This document shows, piece by piece, positions 26,390-39,620 of a DNA stretch of 64,000 nt. Source of the stretch: Octopus vulgaris (taxonomy: Eukaryota); contig OX597831.1 in assembly GCA_951406725.2 (NCBI GenBank), positions 25,110,001-25,174,000 of the forward strand, read 5' to 3'. The notes under the pieces are model-generated. The model was not told the DNA's origin, did no database searches, and saw only the letters and a program-made list of their open reading frames with translations. The stretch's first letter is position 1; every line of letters begins with the position of its first letter. A program made the translations under genes and the position numbers.

Positions 26390-26686
26390 GCAACTATGGC
26401 AGTTCCAGTTGATCCTATTGTGGGAACAGCCTGCTGATGAAATTAATGTACAAGTGGCTGAGCACTCCACACAGATATGCAGCATAATCTTTACATAGTT
26501 CTCAGGGCGATTCAGCATGATACAGAACATGACAAGGCTGGCCCTCTGAATTATAAGTACAACATAGTTTTGTCAGCTGAGTGAACTGGAGCAAGATGAA
26601 GACACCATGTGCCTCTCTTAATCAAAATCATGACCTTACTATGTCTGTGAGTCAAACACCCTAACCACTGAGCCATGTATCTTCAC
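26390..26686 (-). mobile_element. decayed SINE related to families C and E
   Basis: Head TGGCTCAGTGGTTAGGG and 3' segment GTGGAGTGCTCAGCCACTTG shared with family C. Confidence 0.55.
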
Positions 26687-27406
26687 CAATACTGTAAAAT
26701 AGAGATATTAAACAATATATTTCTTCAAGACACTCCACAAGAATTATGGCTGGACTTTTTAGAAATTTTATTTTTGGAATTTTGTTTCTGAACAACCAGC
26801 TTTCTTCTACAAGTCAAGATTTTCCCCTCTTCTGGAAATCATATATAAATCAATAGAATGTAAGGAAATTAAACTTGGTCTTCTACATCAGTGAGATATT
26901 TACTTACCTCACGCTAACCTTACTATACCTTCCGATCTATTATTTATTTATCTATTTTGTTTATTATTTCTTTTCCTTGCAATCCCTGCCGTGTTCTGAC
27001 ATAATACAAGTCGACTATTCAATATAAAGAACAACTTTCTTCAACTTCTACTTTCTTCTCTTGTGATCTGACACAATAAAATTAGAATGTCCACCAGAAG
27101 AAAGACATTTCAGCACGACTAACTAACTTTGGTGATTTTATTAACATCCTTCACATTTCACTCATCTATTAACTAAACTATTTCCAGACTCGGCAGATTA
27201 TTTTAGTTGACATTACTGAATCCGAGGTGTCTTTATTTCTATTTCTTTTTTTTTTATATATATTTTTTTTTGTTTTTACATTCGGTTTTTTTCTGAGAAT
27301 AGAAGCACTGAATATTTGGCAAGTTGCATTGTACTCCAAAGAACTGCCTAAAAGAACTTAAATAAAGAATAAAGTCTCAGTGATCCAGTAACCTGTGATA
27401 AGCTAT

Positions 27407-27525
27407 GCACACACACACACACACACATATATATGTATGTATGTATATATATATATGTGTGTGTGTGTATGTATGTATGTATGTATGTGTGTGTGTGTGT
27501 GCATGTATGTGTGTATGTATATATA

Positions 27526-27578
<53 letters not shown>

Positions 27579-27785
27579 GTATATATATGTGTGTGTGTGT
27601 GTATGTATATGTATGTATGTATATATATATATATGTGTGTGTGCATATGTATATATAAGTATATATGTATATATATCTATGTATGTATGTATATCTATGT
27701 ATATCTATGTTAGCATGTATGTATGTATGTATATATATATATATATGTGTGTGTTTGTGTGTGTATGTGTATATATATATATATA
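27407..27785. repeat. compound (CA)/(TA)/(TG)/(TATG)n microsatellite
   Basis: Read directly. Confidence 0.95.
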
Positions 27786-28580
27786 AACGGGCACAACACA
27801 CCTACACATATACAATCATATGCACTCACACACATTCATACTAAGTTCGTTGACAAAAATACAAATAAACAAGGACAAACATTTACTGATAAAAGGATTC
27901 AGTTCAAAGATGCTGAGTTTAATTCATAATAAAAAAGATGTTGGATGCGGCTTCCAAGTTTAGATTATCTCAAGTCTTGTTGAAATAGCCTCTGTGTGTG
28001 TGTTTAAGACACTTTTGTAACTCTCCAACGATTCAACCCTTTAACCTTAACATTACTCTGTCTAATGTAATATTTATTTATCCACGTTGTTTTGAATTAA
28101 TTATACATTATCTCATAGCTGCAAGAATTCAGTGATGTGAGAGAATTTTTTTTATTTTTTTTTATGATGTTCTAAGGTAGATGTGAGAAGCCAAATGTGG
28201 CTGGTTTAAACATAAAAAAGGGGCTGCCTTTTGTTTAAGCTCTAAAGGTTTAAGCCGGTGTAAGATGTAAATGTTCTATTTGCTAATCTTCTGAGAACTT
28301 CATGTAGTGTTACTACAGCTCTGGAAAAAGAAAAAAGCATTCTTGACACTGCAATGAGGGAGAGGGCAAATTATTGACATTAAATATTGGTGTCAAACTT
28401 TGACACATGGTGAGCAATTCTGGAGAAGAGGGCAAAGCTGATTACATTGGCCCCAGTGCTTGACTGGTATTTATTTGATCGATCTTGAACAGAGGATAGT
28501 CTACCTCGTGGAATTTGAACTCAAAATGTAAAGACAGACAAAATGTTACTAAGCATTTTGCCTAGCATGCCAACAATTCT

Positions 28581-29165
28581 TATTTCTTTATTGCCCACAA
28601 GGGGCTAAACATTGAGGGGACAAACAAGAACAGACAAAGGGATTAAGTCGATTACATCGACCCCAGTGAGTAACTGGTACTTAATTTATCGACCCCGAAA
28701 GGATGAAAGGCAAAGTTGACCTCAGCGAAATTTGAACTCAGAACGTAGTAGCAGACAAAATACCTATTTCTTTACTACCCACAAGGGGCTAAACACTGAG
28801 GGGACAAACAAGAACAGACAAACGGATTAAGTCGATTACATCGACCCCAGTGCGTAACAAGTACTTAATTTATCGACCCCGAAAGGATGAAAGGCAAAGT
28901 TGACCTCAGCAAAATTTGAACTCAGAACGTAGTGGCAGACAAAATACCTATTTCTTTACTACCCACAAGGGGCCAAACACAGAGAGGACAAACGGATTAA
29001 GTCGATTATATCGACCCTAGTGCGTAACTGGTACTTATTTAATTGACCCCAAAAGGATGAAAGGCAAAGTCGACCTTGGCGGAATTTGAACTCAGAATGT
29101 AGTGGCAGACGAAATACCACTCAGCATTTCGCCGGCATGCTAATGTTTCTGCCAGCTCGCCACCT
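28581..29165 (-). mobile_element. SINE family B tandem trimer
   Basis: Three head-to-tail units of about 170-185 bp; only one carries the 5' head GGTGGCGAGCTGGCAGAAAC. Confidence 0.85.
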
Positions 29166-29552
29166 TAGCATACTAACAATTAGCATGCTAACAATTCTGC
29201 CATCTCACCACCTTATCAATGACAATAATATCAACGTTTATATTACTTCTTATTGCTCGTTAAGGTGTTGTTGTTTTTCATAATAAAATCTAAACTGGGA
29301 TATATTTCAAAAAGGTTTTCCTTTGAAGTGGTAAAGGATTAAGATGAAAATCTTCAAGACATGTTGTGATAAATGAGACATATTAGAAGCAGTGATGAGT
29401 TGAAGAGAGTTGTGAGTAATAATTTGGTTTATTGGGATATGGTATTTAGTGTGCAATTAAGTGTGTATATGAATGTATGTAAATGGTGGAAGCAGTAAAG
29501 GGTGAAACATAGCTTTAGTTGATGTTGTTTAGATCAAGGCCATTCTTGTTCT

Positions 29553-29940
29553 ATGGAAGCATTCCGTCGGTTACGACGATGAGGGTTCCGGTTGATCCGA
29601 ATCAACGGAACAGCCTGCTCATGAAATTAACGTTTAAGTGGCTCAGCACTCTACAGACACGTGCACCCTTAACGTAGTTCTCGGGGATATTCAGCATGAC
29701 ACAGAGAGTGACAAGGCCGGCCCCTTGAAATACAGGTACAACAGAAACAGGAAGTAAGAGTGAGAGAAAGTTGTGGTGAAAGAGTACAGCAGGGATCACC
29801 ACCATCCCCTGCCGGAGACTCGTGGAGCTTTTAGGTGTTTTCGCTCAATAAACACTCACAACGCCCGGTCTGGGAATCGAAACCGCGATCCTATGACTGC
29901 GAGTCCGCTGCCCTAACCACTGGGTCATTGCGCCTCCACT
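29553..29940 (-). mobile_element. SINE family C (tRNA-Arg-like head), full length with TSD
   Basis: 11-bp TSD ATTCTTGTTCT at 29542-29552 and 29941-29951; reverse complement of 30510-30892. Confidence 0.9.
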
Positions 29941-30509
29941 ATTCTTGTTCTTGGAGAAATATGATCAGAGTTCTTCCATCTGTTACCATCTCACCTTTTT
30001 GATGTATCTATGAAGTGTGCCATTGAAATATTTGAGCTCACATAAAAATTTATTTTAAAAACTAATTCTTTCTTCTTAATTTCTGATTTCTGCTACAGTT
30101 ATAAGATATGCATTTCAATTTCTTATGCTTTTTTATATTTTCACTTCCCATTATTTCAACATTGTTTCGTGTACCCTTTCTTATTGTTGTTCTTTCATTC
30201 AGAGTCTGTCTTGATCAATCAGATTTATGATTAAAGATAGTCAATCTGTGGCCTATCCAGACTTTTTAATCAAAAACACTGTATCTAAGATTAAATATCC
30301 AACGAAATCTTAGATATAATATAATTCCAACATCCTATTTTACAAAAAGATGGCAGGTGAGATTTGAAAGAAATTTATCTCTTATTTCTTGTAAGTCTTT
30401 TTTGTTTTTGGTGGTGATGTCAGCCCATGTCAACTCTGATGCAGTCAACCAATCTTCAAAGGTCTTCCAGTTATAACCACGTTTGTTCAAGTATAGTATA
30501 TGTTGGACT

Positions 30510-30892
30510 TGGAGGCGCAATGGCCCAGTGGTTAGGGCAGCGGACTCGCGGTCGTAGGATCGCGGTTTCGATTCCCAGACCGGGCGTTGTGAGTGTTTAT
30601 TGAGCGAAAACACCTAAAAGCTCCACGAGCCTCCGGCAGGGGATGGTGGTGATCCCTGCTGTACTCTTTCACCACAACTTTCTCTCACTCTTACTTCCTG
30701 TTTCTGTTGTACCTGTATTTAAAAGGGCCGGCTTTGTCACTCTCTGTGTCACGCTGAATATCTCCGAGAACTACGTTAAGGGTACACGTGTCTGTGGAGT
30801 GCTCAGCCACTTACACGTTAATTTCACGAGCAGGCTATTCTGTTGATCGGATCAACCAGAACCCTTGTTGTCGTAACCGATGGAGTGCTTCC
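30510..30892 (+). mobile_element. SINE family C, full length with TSD
   Basis: Head TGGCCCAGTGGTTAGGGCAGCGGACTCGCGGTC..GGTTTCGATTCC; 10-bp TSD ATGTTGGACT at 30500-30509 and 30893-30902. Confidence 0.9.
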
Positions 30893-31866
30893 ATGTTGGA
30901 CTACATGCCTTCTTTGTTTCCTGACAAGTATTTAAGTCGGTCTTGGACCAGGAATTTGGAAGCAGTCATTAATGGAAAGCTGTCTTTTGACATACAGTCT
31001 ACTTATATATATATGTCAGAGAAGAGAGAGAGGGGGATGGAGGGAGAGAGAGAGAGATAGAGAGTAGGAAGAGAATATTGATTATCGTTAAATTGTAATT
31101 AAAATCACTCTCTTGTGTTACACACATTCCCATGACCAAAAGTTTATTTTCAAAAAAAGTTAACTTTATAAAATTTCAACGACTAACTTAAAAAGTTCAA
31201 TTTGATAAATTCTCAGTTTCAAATCATTTATGTAATAAAAAAGAAACAAATGTTTAAATTACAAAACTATAAAAGTAAATAACAGCACATTTCAAAATAA
31301 AAGCAAATATTCCACCACTAAAATCCACCTACACATACCCCAGATACCAATTCTACAAACATGCAGTACTAACATTAAATAGTATAGTGTATATATTTGT
31401 GTCTTTCAATTTAATTGACTGAATACAGCTGACTTAGTAACTCCACTTCACAGAACCCCTGTGCATTTGAAGCTGCAGCTTTCTCTAGTATTGTGTGTCT
31501 CTTTTCAACCAATTTTTTCATTAGCACATCTCCTGTTACACTGCGAAATAGAATTTTATAAAATTGCTCAATGTAATGTTTTATAAACAGAGGAGAGCAA
31601 GTGTGTAAAGTTGAGAGGTTTCGAAAGACAAGAAAGAAAATAATGCTGGAAAAAGACATAGAAAAGAAAAGAAGGAAAAATATAAACAAAAAGAAGCTTT
31701 GTTTTCTTTTCATCTTGTTTGGTCACGTAGCAGGAAGAGAGATTCTTTGACACTGTGTAATCTTAGTATGACTCTAAAACGTGCCTTTCTCACTGAGTAG
31801 CTGGCAATAGCTGAGCTATGGTAATAGCTTCTGTGGTTGTAAAGGTTATTAGTTACTAGACAGAAA

Positions 31867-32098
31867 AGGTGGTGAGCTGGCAGAAACGTTAGCACACCGG
31901 GCGAAATGCGTAGCTGTATTTCGTCTGCCGTTACGTTCTGAGTTCAAATTCTGCCGAGGTCGACTTTGCCTTTCCTCCTTTCGGGGTCGATAAATAAAGT
32001 ACCAGTTTCGCACTGGGGTCGATGTAATCGACTTAATCCCTTTGTCTGTCCTTGTTTGTCCCCTCTATGTTTAGCCCCTTGTGGGCAGTAAAGAAATA
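31867..32098 (+). mobile_element. SINE family B (Meta-domain-like), full length with TSD
   Basis: GAGTTCAAATTC B box and GCCTTTCCTCCTTTCGGGGTCGATAAA..GTACCAG core; 20-bp TSD TATTAGTTACTAGACAGAAA. Confidence 0.9.
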
Positions 32099-32659
32099 TA
32101 TTAGTTACTAGACAGAAATCTTTAGGTTTTTTCCCCTTCTTACGAACCACTCAGTAACCTCAATAATTATAGACCTTACTGGAGGTACATATTATATAGA
32201 CTAACACCAATGGGTATATATTCAACTGGGAGTTATATAGAGTGATAGTAATGACAGTATATTCAATCAGAAGCTATGTAGACTGGAAGTAATTACACTA
32301 TAAAATGTTGGCAGTTACATCAGTGTCATGCAAATGACACCCATTCCGGAGGCATGTAAAAGCATCCATTGCACTCTCAGAGTGGTTGGCATTAGAAAGG
32401 CCATCAAGTCATGGAAACCATGCCAAATCAGACTGGAGTCTGGTGCAGCCTTCCAGCTTGCCAACCCTGGTCAAACTGTTCAACCCATGCCAGTATGAAC
32501 AACAGGTGTTAAATAAGATGATGATGATGATGATGATGCCAGTGGCTATATATTCTGTTGAGTTATATAGAGTATTTAGAAATAAATTACTATATATTAT
32601 ATGTAATCTTGAAGTTGTATATTATGCAGAGTATATATCATAGATGATGATAAAAAAAA

Positions 32660-33027
32660 AACTTGACTCTGTCGGTCAAGAATGACTATAGATGCACCTT
32701 AGAGATTCTCTTTTGAGGTACAAGTCTGGGCAGAAAGTCACCTCACTGGTGAATACACAACCTAGGGTTGTTTTTATGGAAGACCAGCAATCACCCATGC
32801 ATACCAGCCTCCCCTCGTCATGCCACCAATGTTATCCAAGAGAAAGGCAGAGGCCAATATAGCTTGGCACCAGTGACGTCACAACTCATTTCTACAGCTG
32901 AGTGAACTGGAGCAATGTGAAATAAAGTATCTTGCTCAAGAACACAACATGTTGCCTGGTCCGGGAAACACTCACAACCTCCTGATTGTAAGCTTGAAAC
33001 TCTAACCACTGAGCCATGTGCCTTCAC
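32660..33027 (-). mobile_element. tRNA-headed SINE (family E-like)
   Basis: Head TGGCTCAGTGGTTAGAG and GTGTTCTTGAGCAAG..CTCCAGTTCACTCAGCTG as at 1557, with a different 3' half. Confidence 0.6.
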
Positions 33028-33112
33028 TAAATGATAATAACTATGCACTAACTTGGAGTTATGTAGCTTGGTATCTTACTGAGGTTATATTTCAAAGACT
33101 GACAAAAATGCC

Positions 33113-33363
33113 TATCATCATCAACATCGTTTAGCGTCCGCTTTCCATGCTGGCATGAGTTGGACGTTGCAACTGGGGTCTGGGAAGCTAGAAGGCTGCA
33201 CCAGGCCCAGTCTGATCTGGCAATGTTTCTACGGCTGGATGCCCTTCCTAACGCCAACCACTCCATGAGTGTAGTAGGTGCTTATTACGTGCCACCGGCA
33301 CAGGTGCCAGAAGAGGCTGGCAAACGGCCACGATCGGTTGGTGCTTTTTACATGCCACCGGCA
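33113..33363 (-). mobile_element. SINE family D
   Basis: Same motifs as 17730-18090. Confidence 0.8.
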
Positions 33364-34284
33364 TATATATATATAATCTGATCATGATTATGTCCATTGA
33401 TGTTACCATACTGTCAACATTACACTTACCACCCATTGAATTGCTTGTATTCTATTTTTGATTAATTAAAACTTGGGAATTGTCTCCCTTCTCATGCTGA
33501 TCATAATTTATCATTAAACTAATTCTTATTTCTCCTCACTACATACATACATAATTTTAATATAGTAGAAGACACTTGCCCAAGGTTCCACGCAGTGGGA
33601 CTGAACCCGGAACCATGAGGTTGGTAAGCAAGCTACTTACCACAGAGCCTATAATAAGTGAAAAGTTGTTTACTTATGTGTTTATTACTCAGAGTTTCAG
33701 GTATGGTAAATATATGAACTATTAGACACATTCTGTACATCTTCATGAAATTTTCGAATATTGGATGCCTAACTCAATAACTACTTACCTAAACACACAT
33801 ACAGACACAAGCACACTGGCACACATACAGACACACACAAACACACAAGCACACACAGATACACACACATATATCTAAACTCTAAAATAGCCTCCTGGTA
33901 ACAATATTTGAATTAACATTTTTTCTTTATATATATATATTTTTTTTTGACTGTTTTCATTCATGTTTTTTGATATGTGTGTGTACAGCATACACTGGGA
34001 TATTGTATTAATAGATTTTATACAGAAAAGCTACCCATCTGATCTCAATATCAACAGAAGCACCTGCTTACCGATCGAACTTTATTTTTTTATTTAAACA
34101 ATTCTTTAAGGCACCTATTTATAGGCAAATTCTGTTTATCTATATATTTATTTATTATCATCATCGTCATCATGATAATTTCGTTGTAATGGTAAAGTAT
34201 ATTTCAGTATATTTCGATATAATCAACTTTGCAATGGATGAGCGTTGCTTTCAGAGGAACGTTGCAAACTCGGACACTGTGAAG

Positions 34285-34512
34285 CCGGCGAACTGGCAGA
34301 AACATTAGCACACCGGGCGAAATGCTTCGTGGTATTTCGTCTGCGTTACGTTGTGAGTTTAAATTCCACCGAGGTCGACTTTGCCTTTCATCCTTTCGGG
34401 GTCGATAATTTAAGTACCAGTTACGCACTGGGGTCGATGTAATCGACTTAATACCTTTGTCTGTCCTTGTTTGTCCCCTCTGTGTTTAGCCCCTTGTGGG
34501 TAGTAAAGAAAT
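34285..34512 (+). mobile_element. SINE family B
   Basis: Matches 31867-32098. Confidence 0.85.
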
Positions 34513-34696
34513 ATATATTTCGGTATTTAGTTTTACCATTTAGGTTGGACCCAGAATCCAGAATTTGGAATCGAACGACTGTGATTTTCGTCTCAGTTCT
34601 TGTAGATGAAATAAACATCAACTTTTAATCTTATTTTCCAATTCCAACTCTGGTGAAATATGGCTTGATAACTGGTCGAATCACTCAGATCATCGC

Positions 34697-35102
34697 TTTT
34701 ACTCTTTTACTTCTTTCAGTCATTTGACTGTGGCCATGCTGGAGCACCACCTTTAGTCGAGCAAATTGACATCAGGAATTATTCTTTGTAAGCCGAGTAC
34801 TTATTCTATCGGTCTCCTTTGCCAAACCACTAAGTTACAGGAACGTAAACACACCAGCATCAGTTGTCAAGCGATGTTTGGTGGACAAACACAGACACAT
34901 AAACATATACGCACACATACATATATACATATATTCATACATATATACGATGGGCTTCTTTCACTTTCCATCTACCAAATCCACTCACAAGGTTTTGGTC
35001 TGCCCGAGGCTATAGTAGAAGACACTTACTCAAGGTGCGAAGCAGTGGGACTGAACCCGGAACCATGTGGCTGGTAAGCAAGCTGCTTACCACACAGCCA
35101 CT
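34697..35102 (-). mobile_element. SINE family A
   Basis: Reverse complement of 9613-10030. Confidence 0.85.
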
Positions 35103-35395
35103 TCTCTATGAAATCAATCTTTCACAAAAGACAATGAAGGAACCTCGTTGTAATTGTTCAATGTACTAGAAACAGCAGCTAAATCAATTAAATAACTTCA
35201 AAAAATAAGAAGGTTGTCGTAGGTGAAATGTATTTCAGCAAAGGTGTGGCTGTGTGGTTAGAGGTTAAGAAGTTAGCTTCTGAGCTACATGGTTCCAGTT
35301 TCAGTCCCACAGCATGGCACTGTGGACAACTTCTACTATAGCCTTGTGAGTGGATTTGGTAGTTGGAAACTGAAAGAAACCCATTGTGTATATAT

Positions 35396-35582
35396 ATATA
35401 TTATATTAAATTAGAGATAAAACCACTATTAGGCAAATCAAACAGTGAAAATCATAAGCCAATACATAGAAATAAAATTAATTAAAAAAATATAAAATAT
35501 AAAATAAAAACTATAAAATTCCAAATATTCACTGTTTGATTTGCCTAATAGTGGTTTTATCTCTAATTTAATATAATATATA
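35396..35582. repeat. inverted repeat (~55-bp arms) within the microsatellite of a family A SINE
   Basis: ATTATATTAAATTAGAGATAAAACCACTATTAGGCAAATCAAACAGTGAA and its reverse complement. Confidence 0.85.
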
Positions 35583-35659
35583 TTTATACTATAAAATGAG
35601 ATTTAATCCTAAATCTAATTTTTCCCTGTAAGTTTGGATTTACTCCCTAATATTATTAT

Positions 35660-35725
<66 letters not shown>

Positions 35726-36240
35726 GATGTGTGTGTTTATCTATGTGTGTGTCATTGTGTCTGTGTTTGTCCCCCACCACTGCTTTACTACCAGTGTTGG
35801 TGTGTTTATGTCCCTGTAACTTAGCAGCTCAACAAAACTGAACGATATAATGCATACCAGTTCTTCAAAGTAGTGCCCCAGCACGGCCATGGTCTAATGA
35901 CTGGAACAAGTAAAATGTAAAAGCTATGTCTGTTGGATCAAGGTTGACCTGCAAGTCATACAACATCAGTAACATAGAATATCTATTGTTTTTAAAGTTA
36001 ACTTCTTTTCCATTACTTCAAGTTCTTTGCTAGAGAGACATTCATAAAATATTACATCGATGAAAAAAATATGTTCTATTCTTCTTATATAACCATTATT
36101 GGTGTGAATGTATCTGCATATCTTCAACGGAAGATATTACTTTAAAGCAATTTCAAGTAGAGTAATGGACACATTTACAGATCGGAGAATAGAACACTGA
36201 GATGAGAGTAAAATTTTACAATACAGAAATCTATATAAGT

Positions 36241-36349
<109 letters not shown>

Positions 36350-36387
36350 CATACATATATATATATATACATATATATATATAAATA

Positions 36388-36426
<39 letters not shown>

Positions 36427-36904
36427 TATGCAGAGAGATTCAAAGCAATTATAAAACAGTTCTAGTATTACCTACAGGCTATACGTTTTACTTATTCACC
36501 GAACTGCATTATGGTTCAGAGTTTCGCCATTCTCTCAAGCATTGTTTAATCTTTTATCATTCATTTGTTTCACTCATATAAGTGTGACCATGCTGGAGCA
36601 CTTCCTTCAAGGGTTCACTCAAGCAAATTAACAGTAGTGTTTGATTTTTTAAGTTTGGTAAGTTACACTGGTTATCAAGTGGTGGTTATGAGGAACAAAC
36701 ACAAAGACACACACACACACACATTTATATATCAGGTTTATTCTTTCAGTTTCCATCTACAAAATCCACTCACATTGCTTTGATCAGCCCAAGGTGCAGC
36801 AAAGTAAGACTGAACCTAAGATGACAAAATTTCAAAAATATTAGTTTATTTAGTGAAATGAATGATTATGATATTATTATTATTGCTATTATTATTATTA
36901 TTAT

Positions 36905-37293
36905 GTTTTTTCTTTCTTTCTTCAAATTTTCTTCCGTTTCTCGCCGAGTGTTTTCCATACACCTAGTGCAGGGCAGAGAAGCTCATTGTATGCATTCTCA
37001 GATTACACACGCAAATTCACAGATAAATATGTATTTAGAAATTAATAAATAAATAAATTCATGAATGGATGTTGTTTTCACAGTGATAATGCTCTTCTCA
37101 GTACATGAGTCGTTCCAATTAATACGATTTTTTGCACTACCTGTAGGGATGGTAAGCCTGGAATCATTTTCAAATAGGTTTCAGAACCTTTTTTTATCAT
37201 TCCTAGAGATCCTACAATCACTAGTACTGTAGTCACCTTGAGATGCCACATTTTTTCAATTTCTATTAGCAGGTCTTTATATTTACTAATCTT
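36905..37293 (-). mobile_element. second 5'-truncated Dong/R4-like fragment
   Basis: KISKYKDLLIEIEKMWHLK...HVLRRALSL* plus the same 3'UTR as 22453-22621; flanked by (ATT)n. Confidence 0.8.
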
Positions 37294-37831
37294 TATTATT
37301 ATTATTATTATGATTATTATTATTATTGCTATTAAGGTGGTGAGCTGGTAAGTCATTAGCAAGACAGACAAAATGCTTTGCAGCAATTTTGTCTGTCTTC
37401 ACGTTCTGACTTCAAATTCCACTGAGATAGAATTTGCTGTTCATCCATTTGGAGTTGATAAAAACGTATCTATCAAATATTGGGGTCGATGTAATCAATT
37501 TGACCCTCCCCTCAAATTGTGCAAAAATTTGAAACCATTATTAGTGAAACTAATATTGGTATAAGCTGGGATAATGTAAACATTGTCATTAGATTGAGAA
37601 AGAATGGTCTATGGTAACAAATTCTGTGTGTGATAGAGGTGTTGATACATACACAGACACACACACACACACACACATATACATATAGGGGTTATGAGAG
37701 TTAATGGTGTCAGTGAGACCCAAAGGTGTCAGGTAATGCTGAATGAGTGCTATAGATAAACAATAGTCAAGTTCCAGATTTGGTGCTTATGCGAATAAGG
37801 GGTCCAAATTAGATCATATATCAGCTTTTTT

Positions 37832-38510
37832 CCAAGGCTGTGTAGAATTTAGAACATTTATAAATAGAAAGTCTTACTGCTGCTATTTCTAGGATATTTA
37901 TTATATCCCTTCATCGGAGACGGTGTGAGAAGATGGTTGAGCAATAGTTAATTTAGATAAGATATGAAATAGAGAGTGAGGTGGAAGAATGAAAATAGAT
38001 GTGAGATATGGAGGGATATTGTATTTGTAGATCCATTATTTCGGCAGAATGGTATTCGTATAAGATTCCAATATCTTATTAGTAAAATCTAATAGTATTT
38101 AAAATTGGTCATTCCAAGTACAGAGTTTATACACAATGTTATTGAATTAAGGGTTTTATTTAAAGGGACCTAAAAGTGACCTAAATAAAACCTTTGATTC
38201 AATAACACTGTGTATAAACTCTATATTTGGAATGACCAATTTTAAATACTATTGGATTTTATTCATAAGGTATTGGAATCTTATACGAATACCATTCTGT
38301 CTAAATAATGGATCTACAAATACAATATCCCTCCATATCTCACATCTGTTTTCATTCTTCCACCTCACTCTCTATTTCAATATCTCAACTAAATTAACTA
38401 TTGCTTAAACGTCTTCTCACACTGTCTCTGAGGAATGGATATAATAAATATCCTAGAAACAGCAGTAAGACCTTCTATTTATAAATGTTCTAAAATTTAC
38501 ACAGCTTTGG
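37832..38510. mobile_element. long fold-back (~330-bp arms), Penelope-like, hammerhead-like motif near each outer end
   Basis: 37832-38163 is the diverged reverse complement of 38181-38510; spacer under 20 bp. Confidence 0.8.
38424..38471 (+). ncRNA. minimal type-I hammerhead ribozyme-like motif
   Basis: GTCT-CTGAGGA-[GGATAT aataa ATATCC]-GAAAC agca GTA-AGAC. Confidence 0.5.
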
Positions 38511-39550
38511 TGTTTTTTATCTCATTATGAAAAAATTTGTTTTATACACACACACACACACATATATTCATATATATAATCAATCAGCAGATAATTGTTT
38601 AATAATATGTTGAAGATGTATATTTAAATTTATCAATGCAGTATTTTGGAAAAGACAAAGTGTTTTAAAATAGTTTCAGTTACTTCACAAATAAAACAAC
38701 TGTAATTTGAATTGTTAAATTTACAATATATTTCACTTTATAAGCAAACACTCATTAAATTCTATCTAGATGACCTGAAGGGTCAAAGAATGGTAAAGCT
38801 CTGAATTGTAATATTCAGTTAATAATGTATGTATGTGCATAGACAGGTACATGTTACTCATACCTATATGTATGCATGTATATATATATATATATATATA
38901 ATAGTAGGGAATGTAATTCCATAACTTCAAGGGAAAAATTCAATTTAAGAATTTGAAATAAAATTTCACAATATATATGTATATAACTTAGAGAAAATCC
39001 TCTATTAAACAATTCATTATAGAATATTGTTTTCATAGTATATGTTTTCTATATGGTGAGAATCTTTCCTTATTGAATTATTTAATAGAGGTTTTTCTCT
39101 AAATTATATATATGTGTTTGTGTTTATATATATATATATATATATAGAAGGTTTGGAGATAATGTACAGAAATTTTATATTAGAAGAAATGAGGTACTCA
39201 GAAATTCAGATGGTTGGTTTTATATTTGTATGTTACATGTTTTTATACATATATCATATATTAGTGTTTTCATCCATTCTAGTGGAGTCGTCAAATTGAA
39301 CCAAGTTCTTGCAGGAATTTTTGACACTTTTTATAGTGTTATTGAGTGTGTAGTGGTGGGGAGAGATATAATATAGTACAAGAGGGTGATGTATGTATGT
39401 ATGTAGGTATATATATAAATAAAAAATAATAAGGGTGAAAAATTGAATATTAATTTGATTAATATCAATTTAAAACCAGTGGTCTACCATATTAAAATCT
39501 GAAGATACAGAAAAATTATATTATATTCATATATATAAGAGGGATGATGA

Positions 39551-39620
39551 TCACACTGATGAGCTACGGACAATTACGTAAGTAATTACATAAATGGTAA
39601 TAGCAAAACTAGATTGTCAT
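39551..39620 (+). ncRNA. degenerate hammerhead-like motif
   Basis: CTGATGA-GCTA...TAGC-AAAAC (GAAA changed to AAAA) with internal hairpin AATTAC GTAA GTAATT. Confidence 0.4.

Noticed and set aside
28581-29165. CRISPR-like array
   Set aside because: Eukaryotic context; the units are whole SINE bodies without unique spacers.
30510-30580. Functional tRNA-Arg gene
   Set aside because: No intact cloverleaf or acceptor stem; it is the head of a TSD-flanked SINE.
33781-33830. TAG|GTAAGT on the - strand as a second recursive splice site
   Set aside because: The upstream tract is a TG repeat rather than a true polypyrimidine tract, and it is on the opposite strand to the stronger site.
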